Source: Octopus bimaculoides
Taxonomy: Eukaryota
Direction: 5' to 3'
Assembly (NCBI RefSeq): GCF_001194135.2
Contig: NC_068990.1
Coordinates: 81,535,549-81,599,548, forward strand
DNA length: 64,000 bases
Shown here: positions 39,587 to 52,315 of the stretch, piece after piece
How the letters are laid out: every line of letters begins with the position of its first letter
Position numbering within the stretch: position 1 is the first letter of the stretch
Notes under the pieces: generated by a model
What the model was told of the DNA's origin: nothing
The model's input: the letters and a program-made list of their open reading frames with translations, nothing else
Database searches by the model: none
Program-made: the position numbers and the translations under genes

Positions 39587-39591
39587 TGTGT
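39536..39591. repeat. T37 homopolymer plus (GT)n
   Basis: Direct reading. Confidence 0.9.
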
Positions 39592-40020
39592 AGAAGGTCA
39601 TCGTTTTTCCATTGATATCTAAACTATTGAACGACTTTTATTCTATGGTTTTGTATTGCAATGAAATGAGTATTCACATTTACATATTCTTCTACAAAGG
39701 AAAGAATCAAAAAAGCTGATCTAAAAATGATTAAGTAACACCTAAAAATGTCTTGACTGCTGAAATTAACATTAATGGAAGATGATAGTTTTAATCTAGT
39801 ATCTATTTGTTTTTATATTTTGTTAATATTGTCATGTTAGCAAAGACTAAGTTTTAGGTTTTTGATTATGCCATATTTCAAGCAAGAATATCCACTAAAC
39901 TACTATCAGTTATCTTTTGTTAGACTTTCTTTTCTTTGGTTGGGGAGGAACCTTCCAGATCATTTATTGTATTTAGTTAACCTTTTTGTACTTTAGTATT
40001 GATGGGATTGTTACAAAAAG

Positions 40021-40420
40021 GATCAGGCATGGATTTGTGGTTAAGATCACTTTACAGCCAAATGGTTTTGGCAGTCCCACTGCATGGCTACTTTAGCAAA
40101 TTCTCTTTGATATAGGCTCAAGCTAAATAGTGTCTTGTGAGCAAATTTGGTTGACAGAATGAGTAATAAGCCTGTCATGTGCACACATACTTGTGAGTAT
40201 GATTATTGATATTTTGCTTGTTAATGTTTAAGCAAAGAGGTGGTAATGTTGACATTGTGACTGGTTGCTCTGTGCTTTGGACTTATGGAGTATAAAAACC
40301 TAAAAGACAGGTAAAAGTTGGCTGCAGGAGAAGCATCAGGCATAAAATCATAGTCCTGTATCAGAATCAATTCTTCTCCAAGTCATGCTGGCATGGAAAA
40401 AACTGGTTGTTAAACAAATG
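40021..40420 (+). mobile_element. SINE family B' (B head, RTE-type tail), old copy
   Basis: GGCAGTCCCACTGCATGGC..CTTGTGAGCAAATTTGGT head, then GGAGAAGCATCAGGCATAAAA...CATGCTGGCATGGAAAAA..GTTAAAC tail. Confidence 0.55.
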
Positions 40421-41989
40421 ACCACACAGTTGAGCAAAGTCACTAAAAGAGAGATGTACATTATTTTCCATTGAATTTTCAAGTCCGGTTAACAGAAAAT
40501 GTTAGCAGGAACTTTAAAGTACAAACCAAAGTTGTGTCTGAACAGATGCCAATGAGATGCAGTTATTTTCAGACACTCCTTTTGTGAAGCTGTATGTTCC
40601 TGATTTCGTTTAGTTAATGAATGTAGGGAAAAGATGTATCTATTTGCAATGGAAAGAATCCAGCATTTTCATCTCACACTGTTACTTTCTGTTTATCTAA
40701 TTTATAAAGTAGCTTAGGTCATACAAATACATCATAGAGGTACAAACGAAACTTTCTGCTCACACGATTTTATCAGAACTTCAGAGATCACATGGACTAA
40801 TTTAGTAGCATCTACAATTAAATTATATGAAGTATATTTTCCTAGATATTGTTTTTAGCAGTCAGAAATTAAAACAAAAAGAACGAACAAATAGCTACTG
40901 AAATAGAGTTATATGAAAGATAAACCAAATTAGTGTTAGAAAAACTGTAATTCAGTTTAAGCTCACACTATTTACCTTCAAAATATTGAGGTAAAAATAG
41001 CACAATTTTAAAAGAAATGATAAAGAAAACAGACTTAAATATAGCTACCTCACTCCTACGTTAAGGAAGTATTGCATTCTTGGAAATCTTGCCATAATGT
41101 GGAATTCTGAATGATATCCTTACTCCATTGTATGGATGTCAATGGACAACTGGTTTCACATAATGGAATATGTTACAGCAAGGTTTTTCAAGAACTTCCA
41201 TAACAGAAGTGAAGCCTATAGTTAATATGTGAGTGTGAGACTGTAGTGTAACCAGTAACACTGTCACTAGGCAAGTGGTTTTGAATTCTATCAGTGGGTC
41301 TGTTGATTTTTTTTTTCTTTCTTTTTCATATCTCATACCAACTAGTAGATATGGAGTATATATCAGTTTTCTTACATCTCACCACGAAACACATATATAC
41401 TTCCATAATACCAGCACTCTTCTAAAATATGCTTATGCTTTACAGAAGCCTACGGAGTTTCTGTTAAGGTGCTGATGGCAACATAAAGCTATTGAAGGAT
41501 CAAAACTCTTTTCAAACCCCACTTCCTGCAGTTTTCTGTTATCTAAACCTCTAATATATAGAAAATGCACATCTTCATGTTACAGGAATGAAGTTGTATG
41601 AACTTCATAATAGCTGGAATGTATTTAAGAATGACTCTCCTGCCTCACTCATCTCTCCTCATCTCATCATGATTATTATGCCCACCTCTGCACTAACAAC
41701 TATATCCATTCCCTCCTCTCTGGAATTCTTTATTTACCTGTATTTTTCTATGGCTAGAAACTTTAAAATATTTGAGAGAAACATTTACTAAATCACATCA
41801 GTATCAAAGGACTTGTATTCTTGAAACTCTTCACTCTAATTCAATAAAAAGAGAGCCTCCTTTATAAATGTATTACTTAATTCTAAGACAAAGTTTAGTA
41901 AACATAATCTTTACAAGCTTTCCCAGACTGGTAATGTCAATACAGATAAACTCTTGTTGGGAAAGGGATAACTTGATACCTAAGACCAT

Positions 41990-42640
41990 TGTCAATCATC
42001 AGTATTGTTTAATGTCCATACTAGTTTGGGTTGGATGGTTTGACAGGATCCAACTAGTCCAACTAGACTGTATCAGGCTTCACTGTCTACTTTGGCATAG
42101 TTTCGATGATTGAATGCCTTTCCTAATGTCAACTACTTTATAGTATGTGCTGGATTTTTTTGTATTACCCAGCAGCAAGACTATAAACTCCAAGAGAGGC
42201 AGCTTTATACTAGGAGATGAAAAGCTTAAAGTATGAGAGAAGAGCCCAGATTAGAACAGGTTTCTTTCTGTAGACATAGCTACTCACATCTTAGAAGAGG
42301 TGAAGGTATGGGTAAGAAGGGCTAAAAATAGTGGTAGAACCTCAAGCTATGAGGGGAACAGAAGTGAGTGAGAACATAAAAACTGAGAAAATGGATGGAT
42401 AGAGGTTGCAAGTGTGTGTGTGGGGGGGGGGTGAGTGAGAGATGGGGAATGAGTAAAGGAATGAATATAGTGAATGAAGAACAAGTATTGACAGATGATA
42501 AGGGCAGTAAGGTAGAGTAGATGAGAACTGAAGAGATTGGATAAAGTTGAGGGATGGATGTAGTGATTGGTGCATAAGGGATGGGGTGACCAATGAAAAG
42601 ATAGGAATGAAGGGCAGTAGCAAAGCTATGGTACATTCAA
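41990..42640 (-). mobile_element. RTE 3' UTR relic
   Basis: GGGTTGGATGGTTTGAC..GCCTTTCCTAATGTCAACTAC tail motifs followed by a purine-rich UTR like 13330-13750. A related segment lies at 43925-44050. Confidence 0.6.
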
Positions 42641-43221
42641 CCTGAAAACGAAGAAGAAAGAGATGATATTTTAAAAATGCTGAAACTAATTGATGATTTA
42701 TTTAACTGGTTGCATAAGCTGTCAGGCGAAACATGAAGTCCTAGTTAAAACAACTTTTACAGTAAATTTGACTTGACTTTCAGTGTTGAGTCTCTCCGAT
42801 CAGAAAATGTTCTCTTGTTATTTTTAAACTTGCTGTAAAATACTAACTTAAAATTAACATTTACATAAGTAATGATGTTTCCTAAAAATTTTATTTACAA
42901 ATCACATGAAGGTGTAGTAGGCTGTGGTAAAATACACCACAGCAATTCATAGTAAGCGTACTAATTAATTTTTGTTGATCAATTTAATTCTTTACTTTTT
43001 CTCATTTGTATAACTTCCCCAGCATGCAGCAAACTCTAGCTGCTTGAATGAATTACTTTCCCAGCATGCAGCAGCCTCTAGCTACTGGTAGTCAAACCAG
43101 CCTAGAAATTCTATACATTATAATTGATACCTGACACTTTAAATAAAACAATAAATAAAATCCCATAACATTTTTAACAGAAACAACATAAAAGCTTCAC
43201 ATGGCATACACTCTTCTAATG

Positions 43222-43238
43222 CATGTATGTATGTGTAC

Positions 43239-43285
<47 letters not shown>

Positions 43286-43410
43286 GTATGTATATGTGTG
43301 TGTGTATGTATATTTATATATGTGTGTGTGTATATACATATATATATGTATGTATATGTATGTATGTATATATATTTATATATATGTGTGTATATATATA
43401 TATATATGTA

Positions 43411-43475
<65 letters not shown>

Positions 43476-43510
43476 ATATATATTTATGTGTATATATGCA
43501 TGTATATGTA

Positions 43511-43552
<42 letters not shown>

Positions 43553-43580
43553 TATACACATGTATGTATGAGTGTGTGTA
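43222..43580. repeat. Compound (TA)n/(TATG)n/(TG)n microsatellite
   Basis: Direct reading; explains ORFs 43139-43711. Confidence 0.95.
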
Positions 43581-43665
43581 TCAAGAGAACACAAATAGTG
43601 TTCAAAATTTATGACGGTTGTTTCAGTAGAATTTTTATTGGTGCATTCCTGGAGTACATCATGAC

Positions 43666-43847
43666 ATAATCCACCATCTACAGGTAAAATTTTAAACAGG
43701 TGAGATTTCATACATTAAACATAATGAATCCAATGTGGCAATATTTTCAAGAATGCACTGATCCAATGACATCAATGTTTGATTCATGAAATCTCACCTG
43801 TTTGACATTTTACCTGTTAAAAATTTTATTTGAAGATGGTGGATTAT
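43666..43847. repeat. Imperfect foldback (old MITE-like)
   Basis: Outer ATAATCCACCATCT/AGATGGTGGATTAT (14 bp perfect). Inner 43-bp arms at 43680-43722 and 43775-43817 have 5 mismatches. Confidence 0.85.
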
Positions 43848-44922
43848 ATTTTGTGATGCACTGGTTTGCCTTTTTTTTTTTTGTATTATCCAGCAGTTAT
43901 GAGGTTGCCTTATAGCCTGCATGACTATGAACCCCAAGAGTGACATCTTTATACTAGGAGATGAAGGGTTAATGCATGAGAGAAGAGCCCTATGCAGAAC
44001 GGGTTTCTTGCTGTAGACAGGGCTACTCACATCTTAGAAGAGATAGTGGGGGGTGGGGGTGGGGGGTGAAAAGAGATAAAAGTAGTGTTGATGAAATTCC
44101 ATCAAAAAAAGATGTCAAAAAAGTTTTAAATGCCATTTGCATTCTCTTTGTATGCCTACACCACACCTGGAACCAACCCCAGAGTCGGATCTACAGTTTA
44201 AATTGGATTTGTAATTACGTATCTATAGTATTCTACCAATACTTGATACCTTCATTGTTCAGTTCTATATCCGTCAATTGTAAATAATGTAAATAATGTG
44301 CCTTCATCGTTGTTTATCTCACTGTGAACTCTGTCATTGTACCTAACAATTTCTAGCATCCTAGTGTTAATCTGCTTAGGGTCTATTGAATCCTTATACC
44401 TAATACCTACACACACACACATACACACACACATGCACACACATTACTAGAGTACCCCATGGGAAAGTATCACTCTTCATAAAATCATAGTGATGGAAGA
44501 AAAATTAATTTCATTAAATAAATCACTTGCATTGTATTTATCATGGCAAGACCTCTGTGTTTGGTTTAAAAGCTTATTTCACAGCCACATGATTCTAAAT
44601 TTCTTTTTACTGCATTTTTGGGGGATAAATGTTTATCACCATAGCTGTGAGCTGCTCAATGCCTTGTGGGTAGAATCTGATAGACACAAACTGTCTGACA
44701 GCCCATACATGTGTGTGTGTGTGTGTAAGCTGTATATTGCTGAAGGATTCAAACATTGACAAGGAAACCAATATATTGGTACCTTTAAGTGAAATCCTTT
44801 GTACTACTTGCTCTACACAAGTTACACAGACAATCTCTTGTCACTCACTCCTTAGAAATACAGTGAAGCAGTGTTGGCCCATTGATAACCTGTGACAAAT
44901 GGCATTATCATTGGCAAAATAA

Positions 44923-45298
44923 TGGTGGCACTCCGTCGCTTACGACGACGTCGAAGGTTCCAGTTGATCCGATCAATGGAACAGCCTGCTCGTGAAATTA
45001 ACGTCCAAGTGGCTGAGCATTCCACAGACACGTGTACCCTTAACGTAGTTCTCGGGGATATTCAGCGTGACACAGAGTGACAAGGCTGATCTTTTGAATT
45101 ACAGGCACAACAGAAACAGGAAGTAAGAGTGAGAGAAAGTTGTGGTGAAAGAGTACAGCAGGGTTTGCCACCATCCCCTGCCGGAGCCTCGTGGAGCTTT
45201 AGGTGTTTTCGCTCAATAAACACTCACAACGCCCGGTCTGGGAATCGAAACGACCGTGAGTCCGCTGCCCTAACCACTGGGCCATTGCGCCTCCACAA
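44923..45298 (-). mobile_element. Full-length SINE family A copy with 9-bp TSD
   Basis: Reverse complement of the 18461 copy, CpG-rich, with an 11-nt deletion between the A and B boxes. TSD GCAAAATAA at 44914-44922 and 45299-45307. Confidence 0.92.
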
Positions 45299-46465
45299 GC
45301 AAAATAAGATAAGAGTCATTAGAGCATGTCAGATAAAATACTTGCAATATTTAGTTGCAGCTCTGGACATCCTAAGTTCAATGATATATTATCTACAACT
45401 CTTCATATTCTGAGATCAAATCCTGCAATGTTCAACTTTCATTTTATCCTGCCATGGTCAATAAAATAAAGCACCAGTCAAGTACTTGGGTTGATTTTAT
45501 ATTTCTATAAAGCATTGTCTATGTTTATAGAATTAAAATAGGAGGAGGAGGATATGTGTTATAAATAAATCAATAACTTAGACATTCATTTTTAGAGTCT
45601 AATCAACAATGCTAGTTTATTTTATCATCATCCTATCTATTGCAATTATTTCTAAAAAAATTATCCATAGTTTTCTTTTTGTTCTCTAAACTATATAAAT
45701 GAATGTGATACTGGATATAAACCAAAAACACAAGAGACTGGATATAAATAAATGAAGTATGACTCATTGTATGGAAATTAATGGTGTGAATTAGATAAAA
45801 ATGGTTGCTATTTAGCCCCAGGTCAATCTTGACCAGACAGACCTGATATTAAAGGTATTTTAACTACAACTAGCCTCTCTTTTTGTATATCCAAGACAAC
45901 AATTCATCAATGTGTGCTTTGCAATTTTAGATAATAAGATGTGATATAAAGGAGTTTTTGGCTGCTATTTCTGGTAGGCTGATTGATCATGAAGAGGAGA
46001 AGTGAAAAAAAAATGTTTGAAAGCAGGTAGGAACAATGTGTGTACTGAAGTAGCAAATGGTAGTTAAGTAATTTTACTAAAAGACAATAGGAATTTTTCT
46101 ACCCCGCTTTATTTATTTTTGAGGAGTTCAACAAAATGCTCCACCATTTTTATTACTGAACTTTTGTTTTTTTATCTTGGTCTATTCATGATATGTGTTA
46201 CTATCCTTCCGAGATACGACTAAATATAATTAAAAAAATTATCAAATCCATAAAGCCAATTCTAGATAATGTAAACTCGTTTTTCATTTACTGTTCTGTA
46301 TTCTTTACAAGAGAAAGAACCTTCTGCTTTAAATTATGCAGAAATTCTAGCCCCAAAAGATACACTCAAACAGGTACATGATGAATTGTCTTTGGTGCTA
46401 GTTCTTCAATGGCAGCAGTTGCAAGAATTGAACTCAGAAACATGAGTGGGCTATTGTACTATATT

Positions 46466-46671
46466 TATTTCTTTATTGCACACAGGGAGCTAAACATAGA
46501 GGGGACAAACAAGGACAGACAAAGGGATTAAGTCGATTACATCGACCCCAGTGCATAACTGGTACTTATTTAAAGGATGAAAGGCAAAGTCGACCTCGGC
46601 GGAATTTGAACTCAGAACATAGCGGCAGAGGAAATAACCGCGAAGCATTTCGCCCGGTGTTCAAACGTTTC
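46466..46671 (-). mobile_element. SINE family C copy, 5'-truncated, with 17-bp TSD
   Basis: TSD GGCTATTGTACTATATT at 46449-46465 and 46672-46688; small internal deletion in the core. Confidence 0.9.
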
Positions 46672-46861
46672 GGCTATTGTACTATATTGTTCCCCTTCAT
46701 GCACATACATAGATGCTTTCTAAAAAATTAAATCTACTAACTTTATAAATCCTAAATCTTCATGTTGTAGATCTGTTTCATAGCTTTAATTTAAAAATCT
46801 CATTACGTATTTTCAAACACATTGTTAATTTTTATATAAGAGATAAGTTCGTACTAAGTAT

Positions 46862-47333
46862 CATTATCGTTGCCATCATCTTCATCAGCTACTTTCCATG
46901 TCTGCATTGGTCAGATGGAATTTACTGAGACAGATTTTCTATGACCAGATGCTCTTCCTGTTGCCAACCCTTACTTGTTTTCATGAACAGCACAATGACC
47001 AGACATATTTCCAATGAAAATTGCAAACAAATGACACCATTTATTTGATGCTGGTGTCTGTTTACAGTTAGCATTTGTTACCAAGACTAGGAGATAGGAA
47101 CATACGTATGTGCGCGTGCACACACACATGCACACAACTAATTAAATAAAGAAGTGTGTGTGTGTGCATTTGTTTGTAACTGGCTTCTTTCAGCTTTCAT
47201 CTTCTGAATTTCTCCTACAAGGCTTTGGTGAGACCAGACCCATATTAGGAGACACTTGATCAAGGTGCCACACAGTACAGAACCATGTACTTGTGAAACA
47301 AAACTTCTGAAACACACAATCATACTTGCACCT
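46862..47333 (-). mobile_element. SINE family B' (B head and CORE-like segment, microsatellite, RTE-type tail)
   Basis: 47156-47333 matches the B head (AGGTGCAAG..GTGGCACCTTGATCAAGTGTCTCC). 46874-46980 matches the RTE tail (GGGTTGGCAACAGGAAGAGCATC..CATGGAAAG..GATGATG). CTAAGTAT flanks both ends (46854-46861, 47332-47339). Confidence 0.7.
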
Positions 47334-48280
47334 AAGTATGTAGTTATTTATTTTTCTATAGGTTTCTTAATATTTCAAAATTTATGAATTTTGTTCTCAA
47401 GTGTACGAATTCTCCTTATCTCTAAGAAGCACATCTATTTGTCATGATTAACATTCCATTGTATATAGGTTACTATTTCATGCTTAAAGTTTATCAGGTG
47501 TATAAAATTTCCCTAAAGTTGCTCTATCTAAAATATGTTGAAAGATCTACAAAAAATAATCTCAAAAATAGAACTATCTCCCTCTTTTGTGTATGTCATG
47601 TTACATTTTAGTTTTCCAATGTGAGTCTTGAGGGCTGTGGCATATAACTTTTGTAATCTATTAGCAAAGTGAAGTTTGTTGATGTCTTACTTTTAAATGT
47701 TCATCTCATTAGTCATTTAAAAAACATTTTTACTTGTTTTTTTTTATTTGTATTTTTTTTTCTGAAGATCTAATCTTAGTTCTTCTGATGGGGGTGATAA
47801 CAATTAAAGCTACTAATTAATTACTATCACAATATTTTATCAATTAATTAATTGATATCAAAATCTTTTATCAACAAATAAAGTTGATTTTTATAATCGA
47901 TAAACTTATCAATAATCTATTGTAACTACTTACATACTGAAAGCTTAAATTGCTGTAGAATTAACAAACCGCAACTACTTTTAGATTTTATTATGTGTTG
48001 TTCATTACAGTGGCATGGCTGTCTTATAGAGAATTCAAAATAGTAAATATACTTCAAATAATTCAAGTTATATTTATTTAACAAATTATTATTGATATCT
48101 TTTTTTATGGTATTTCAATGAAAGCATATCAGAACTGCAGGGCAGTAAGAGAGCCCACTACACATTCACTTAACTTGCTAGATATAGAAGCCAAACTTCC
48201 TTCTGTTCACACTCTACCCACTTTAAAAAAAGGAGTACATATTAAATTATGTAGTCTGAGATAAAATGATTGGGTAGTCT

Positions 48281-48495
48281 TTTCTTCTCTACTCCAGGCA
48301 CAAATTTTGGGGGAGGGGGGAGGGGGGCAGTCGATAAGATCGACCCAGTATGTAACAGGTACTTAATCTATCTACCCCGAAAGGATGAAAGGCAAAGTCA
48401 ACTTTGGCGGAATTTGAACTCAGAACATAAAGACAGACAAAATACTGCTAAGCATTTTGCCTGTTGTGCTAATATTTCTGCCAGCTCGCTGCCTT
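48281..48495 (-). mobile_element. SINE family C' copy, well preserved
   Basis: Minus strand AGGCAGCGAGCTGGCAGAA..GAGTTCAAATTCCGCC..CTTTCATCCTTTCGGGG..CCCCCAAAATTTGTGCC. Confidence 0.85.
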
Positions 48496-49102
48496 AAAAA
48501 GATGAGGTAGTCACCAGAGGAATGCTTTAACCATAGGGTTTTCCTCTCACAGCCAACTTGATGGGGATGGGATGCAAACAATAACAAAATTAAACACTGT
48601 CACATATTGCCAAGGCTGCTGCTTTGTTCCAAGTGTGATATTTTTATATTTTCCATTTGGCAAAACAACACAGATCAGCTCAGTTAAATTCATACTTGGA
48701 GGAAAGTACTACATGTAAAGTACTATACAGTCAATGGTAGTAGAAATAATGTAATAGAAAAATATTGTATTCAGACAGAAATTATTCAATAATCTCTCAA
48801 ATAGCAATAGAATGATCAATAGTGTTAGTTTGTATTGAGAGATTAAGAGCATTTGTATTGGATGAAGAGTAGTTAAAGAAAACTGGGTGGATGTGTTCCT
48901 CTGTCTGCTGATATGCTGTTGTATGCAGAAAAGAAGAGGTAAGAAGTTTGAATGTAAACTGTGTCACAGTAAAACCATTCTCTGTTTCTGAAAGAAATTC
49001 TGATAAGCTGCAACATGTTCATATGTTTACCGATTCAAATAAAGATTTAAAATCTCATACCATCACAGCCATATATATGTATGTATGTGTGTGTATAAGT
49101 GC

Positions 49103-49156
<54 letters not shown>

Positions 49157-49179
49157 ATGTATATATATATATATGTATG

Positions 49180-49216
<37 letters not shown>

Positions 49217-49219
49217 GTG

Positions 49220-49639
49220 NNNNNNNNNNNNNNNNNNNNNNNNNNNNNNNNNNNNNNNNNNNNNNNNNNNNNNNNNNNNNNNNNNNNNNNNNNNNNNNNN
49301 NNNNNNNNNNNNNNNNNNNNNNNNNNNNNNNNNNNNNNNNNNNNNNNNNNNNNNNNNNNNNNNNNNNNNNNNNNNNNNNNNNNNNNNNNNNNNNNNNNNN
49401 NNNNNNNNNNNNNNNNNNNNNNNNNNNNNNNNNNNNNNNNNNNNNNNNNNNNNNNNNNNNNNNNNNNNNNNNNNNNNNNNNNNNNNNNNNNNNNNNNNNN
49501 NNNNNNNNNNNNNNNNNNNNNNNNNNNNNNNNNNNNNNNNNNNNNNNNNNNNNNNNNNNNNNNNNNNNNNNNNNNNNNNNNNNNNNNNNNNNNNNNNNNN
49601 NNNNNNNNNNNNNNNNNNNNNNNNNNNNNNNNNNNNNNN
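49220..49639. other. Assembly gap (420 N) inside a (TA/TG)n tract
   Basis: N run. Confidence 1.
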
Positions 49640-49849
49640 GTATATATATATGTGTATATATGTGTATATATATGTGTATATATATATATGTATATATGTA
49701 TATTTACATTGTCAAGGTTTTTTTAAACCGAGATAATCTATAATATAAATTGAAGTTGGCCGAGTGTTGTATTCTTTCTTGTCTTGAGGTTCACGGCCAA
49801 ACGGCTGGGTGGATTCGTGTGAAAAATGATGCAAGACTAATGGCTTGAT

Positions 49850-50062
49850 GTGATAGGCAAACATGGAGTACGAAAGTGCAATTCAAATGGTGAGCTTCTT
49901 CTAGACCTCTGCTCTAAGTTCAATCTAGTAATTACAAACACTGTCTTCAAGTACAAAGACCATCAAAAGACTACTTGGATGCACCTTGGCTCCAAGCATT
50001 AGCACTTGTTAGACTACCTAATCACCTGGGGAAGAGATCAGAATGATGTCCTGGATACAAGG
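49850..50062 (+). mobile_element. RTE (BovB-like) LINE AP-endonuclease fragment
   Basis: 71 codons with one stop: VIGKHGVRKCNSNGELLLDLCSKFNLVITNTVFKYKDHQKTTWMHLGSKH*HLLDYLITWGRDQNDVLDTR, matching the GKHG..NSNG..VITNT..KTTWMHPRSKHWHLLDY motif series. Confidence 0.9.
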
Positions 50063-50199
50063 AGAAAAGATACCATGGAAGACTTAGACGGAAATTCAAA
50101 CATACTGCAAAAAGGAATATGAAATATGAAATGGAAAGGAATTCACCATAATAAATGACAAACCCAAGCGAAAAACCAACTAGTATAGAGAAAGCTTAT

Positions 50200-51000
50200 C
50201 AAATCATGCCAAAACCATAGATAATCAGTCATGATAACTAACTGCAAATATTTGTAGAAGTTTGACACTGTAAAAATATATGATCTTAGTATCCCTCGTT
50301 TTAGATACACTCAAAAGAAAATTATCCTAATATATATTGGCTTATATGAATGGGCATATACTGCATGTATTTAGAAAAAAATCTTATTAACTTCTTCAAA
50401 ATTTACACTCTAAGAATACCTAAATATTGCAAATTTGTAAGCTGTTCCTTGTAATTTAACTACAGATAAACAAATATTTTGTCGGAAATCCAATGGAAAT
50501 TTCGCATATATTTATATAGACTCCTGCTATCCAATTACAGTTTTTAAAACCTGATTATCAGATATCAATAGAAGAATCTCTAACCTGTTATTGAATAAAG
50601 CATCAATTAACAATTTGCTTCCCTCCTACTATGATAAAATCGCAAGAAGAAAGTGGATTTAGAGATGTGTATTATATACATACATATATACATACACACA
50701 CACATGAAGTGGAAGTGATCTCCACCAAACCAAATCTTAACATCATGTATAAACACTCTATAGATATGGCAGATCATAAATTTTGAACAATTTTTCAACC
50801 ATATTTCTTCTTTTAGGGCTATAGAAAAATAGGAATGCTCTAAAACTATCTTATCTGGAGTGGAAAAGCTTTAAGATATACTGAAAAAAAACTTTGAGCT
50901 ATATTCTATGTATATAGAAACATTGTAGATTATGTATAGCTGAGCAGTACTTTATATACTAAAAGCCTTCATAAATCTGTAAGCTATAAAAATTCAGAGA
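50200..51000 (+). mobile_element. Possible Penelope-like RT C-terminal relic
   Basis: IFCRKSNGNFAYIYIDSCYP loosely resembles the DIYxKPTxxxxYLxxxSCHP motif. Very decayed. Confidence 0.2.
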
Positions 51001-52079
51001 CCCTTCACTAAATATTGTTACTTTGACATGCAACTCTTGAACCACTGAAAGACTACACCTCCATCAAACGTGATAAATACTTATTTCTTTACCATAAACA
51101 ATCACGTTCTTTGTTTCTTGCTTCAGCATTATCTCAATAATAGACACTTCCAATCTCACTATGCCTAATAACACTACACTTTTTGATATCTTTAAATCAT
51201 TGTCATTGTATGCTCATTTCCATTTTTATTTTCATTTGATTTTGTTACTTATCTAGTGAAGTACATAAGCTTGATCAAGTTTTTTGTGTTGTCAGGAAAT
51301 GTGAATGTTGGCGACTTTGAGCAATGCCATGCATCATACATAGAAAACCATTCTCTTTGCTACAGAAATGCTTTAATTGAAGTATTTGGATTGTCATCTT
51401 CCAACAGCACACAAGTTTATTCAAATTATGGACTTGAACCCAATATACCACATTAGCAAGTTTAATGAAAGAAGGAATACCTTCCCATACTACAATCATT
51501 ATACTTTCTAAGTTTTTATGCATATGTATTATTACATATCCCTTGTGACTGTGATAATGGTTAGAAATGAGAATCTATAGCAAGGATACAAGAGGTGTAA
51601 GTTCTACATTAGTTCACCTGAGATGTTCCCATTTTCCATAATTTAAATGAGACATTCACATCCACTGAACAGCTTTCTTTAACAGTTTTTTTTTTATCCC
51701 AAAGGACAAGATCATGCCTATTGTATTTGCAACAAATTACTATTTTTATACTGAAATATTGCATCAGTATCTTTTTATTTTTAAAGGTTCTAATGTGAGT
51801 TTCATATGACCATATGGATAGCCTTATATATATGTGGGTGATATTTTCCATGGTGGCATAGCAAAATCAGCATACATACATGCATCCATCCATCTGTGTC
51901 TGTATGCATATGTGCTTCATCATAGAGTTTAAACTAATCACTACCAAAATAACTTAAGCTTTTTTTTTGTTTCAGTCAGAGAGTGTGAGTGCTAGACTGT
52001 ATGGAATATGTTTAAAAACAAGGTGTCATCAAGATGGTTTGACAGGAGCTGGCAAGGCAGAAGACAGCACCAGACTATA

Positions 52080-52111
<32 letters not shown>

Positions 52112-52119
52112 ATATAATA

Positions 52120-52315
52120 ATAATGGTTTCTAATTTAGGCACAAGGCTTGATTGATGTCATCAACCCCAGGGTTTCACTAGTCATTCTTTTATTAGCTCT
52201 GAAAAGAGGAAAGGCAAAGTTGGCCCTAATGGGACTTTAACTCAACATGGAGTGGAACAAATATCACAAGGTGTCTTATCTGACACTCTAACAATTCTGC
52301 CAATCTGCCAGTCTT
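52120..52315 (-). mobile_element. SINE family C' copy bracketed by (AAT)n tracts
   Basis: GGTTTCTAATTTAGGCACAAGG...GAAAGGCAAAGTT...ACAATTCTGCCAATCTGCC; (AAT)n at 52110-52124 and 52317-52380. Confidence 0.7.

Noticed and set aside
43013-43086. 32-bp imperfect direct repeat, period 42 (also a 21-bp repeat at 4990-5040)
   Set aside because: Two copies only; ordinary local slippage duplication.
44046-44067. G-rich runs as possible G-quadruplexes (also 61677-61692)
   Set aside because: Only three clear G tracts each, and no functional context.
49756-49800. TTGGCCG/CGGCCAA stem upstream of the RTE endonuclease piece as a possible HDV-like ribozyme
   Set aside because: The nested pseudoknot cannot be drawn, and the position is not an RTE 5' end.
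51256-51456. NVNVGDF motif suggesting a LINE endonuclease
   Set aside because: Only a four-residue resemblance; neighbouring motifs not recognisable.
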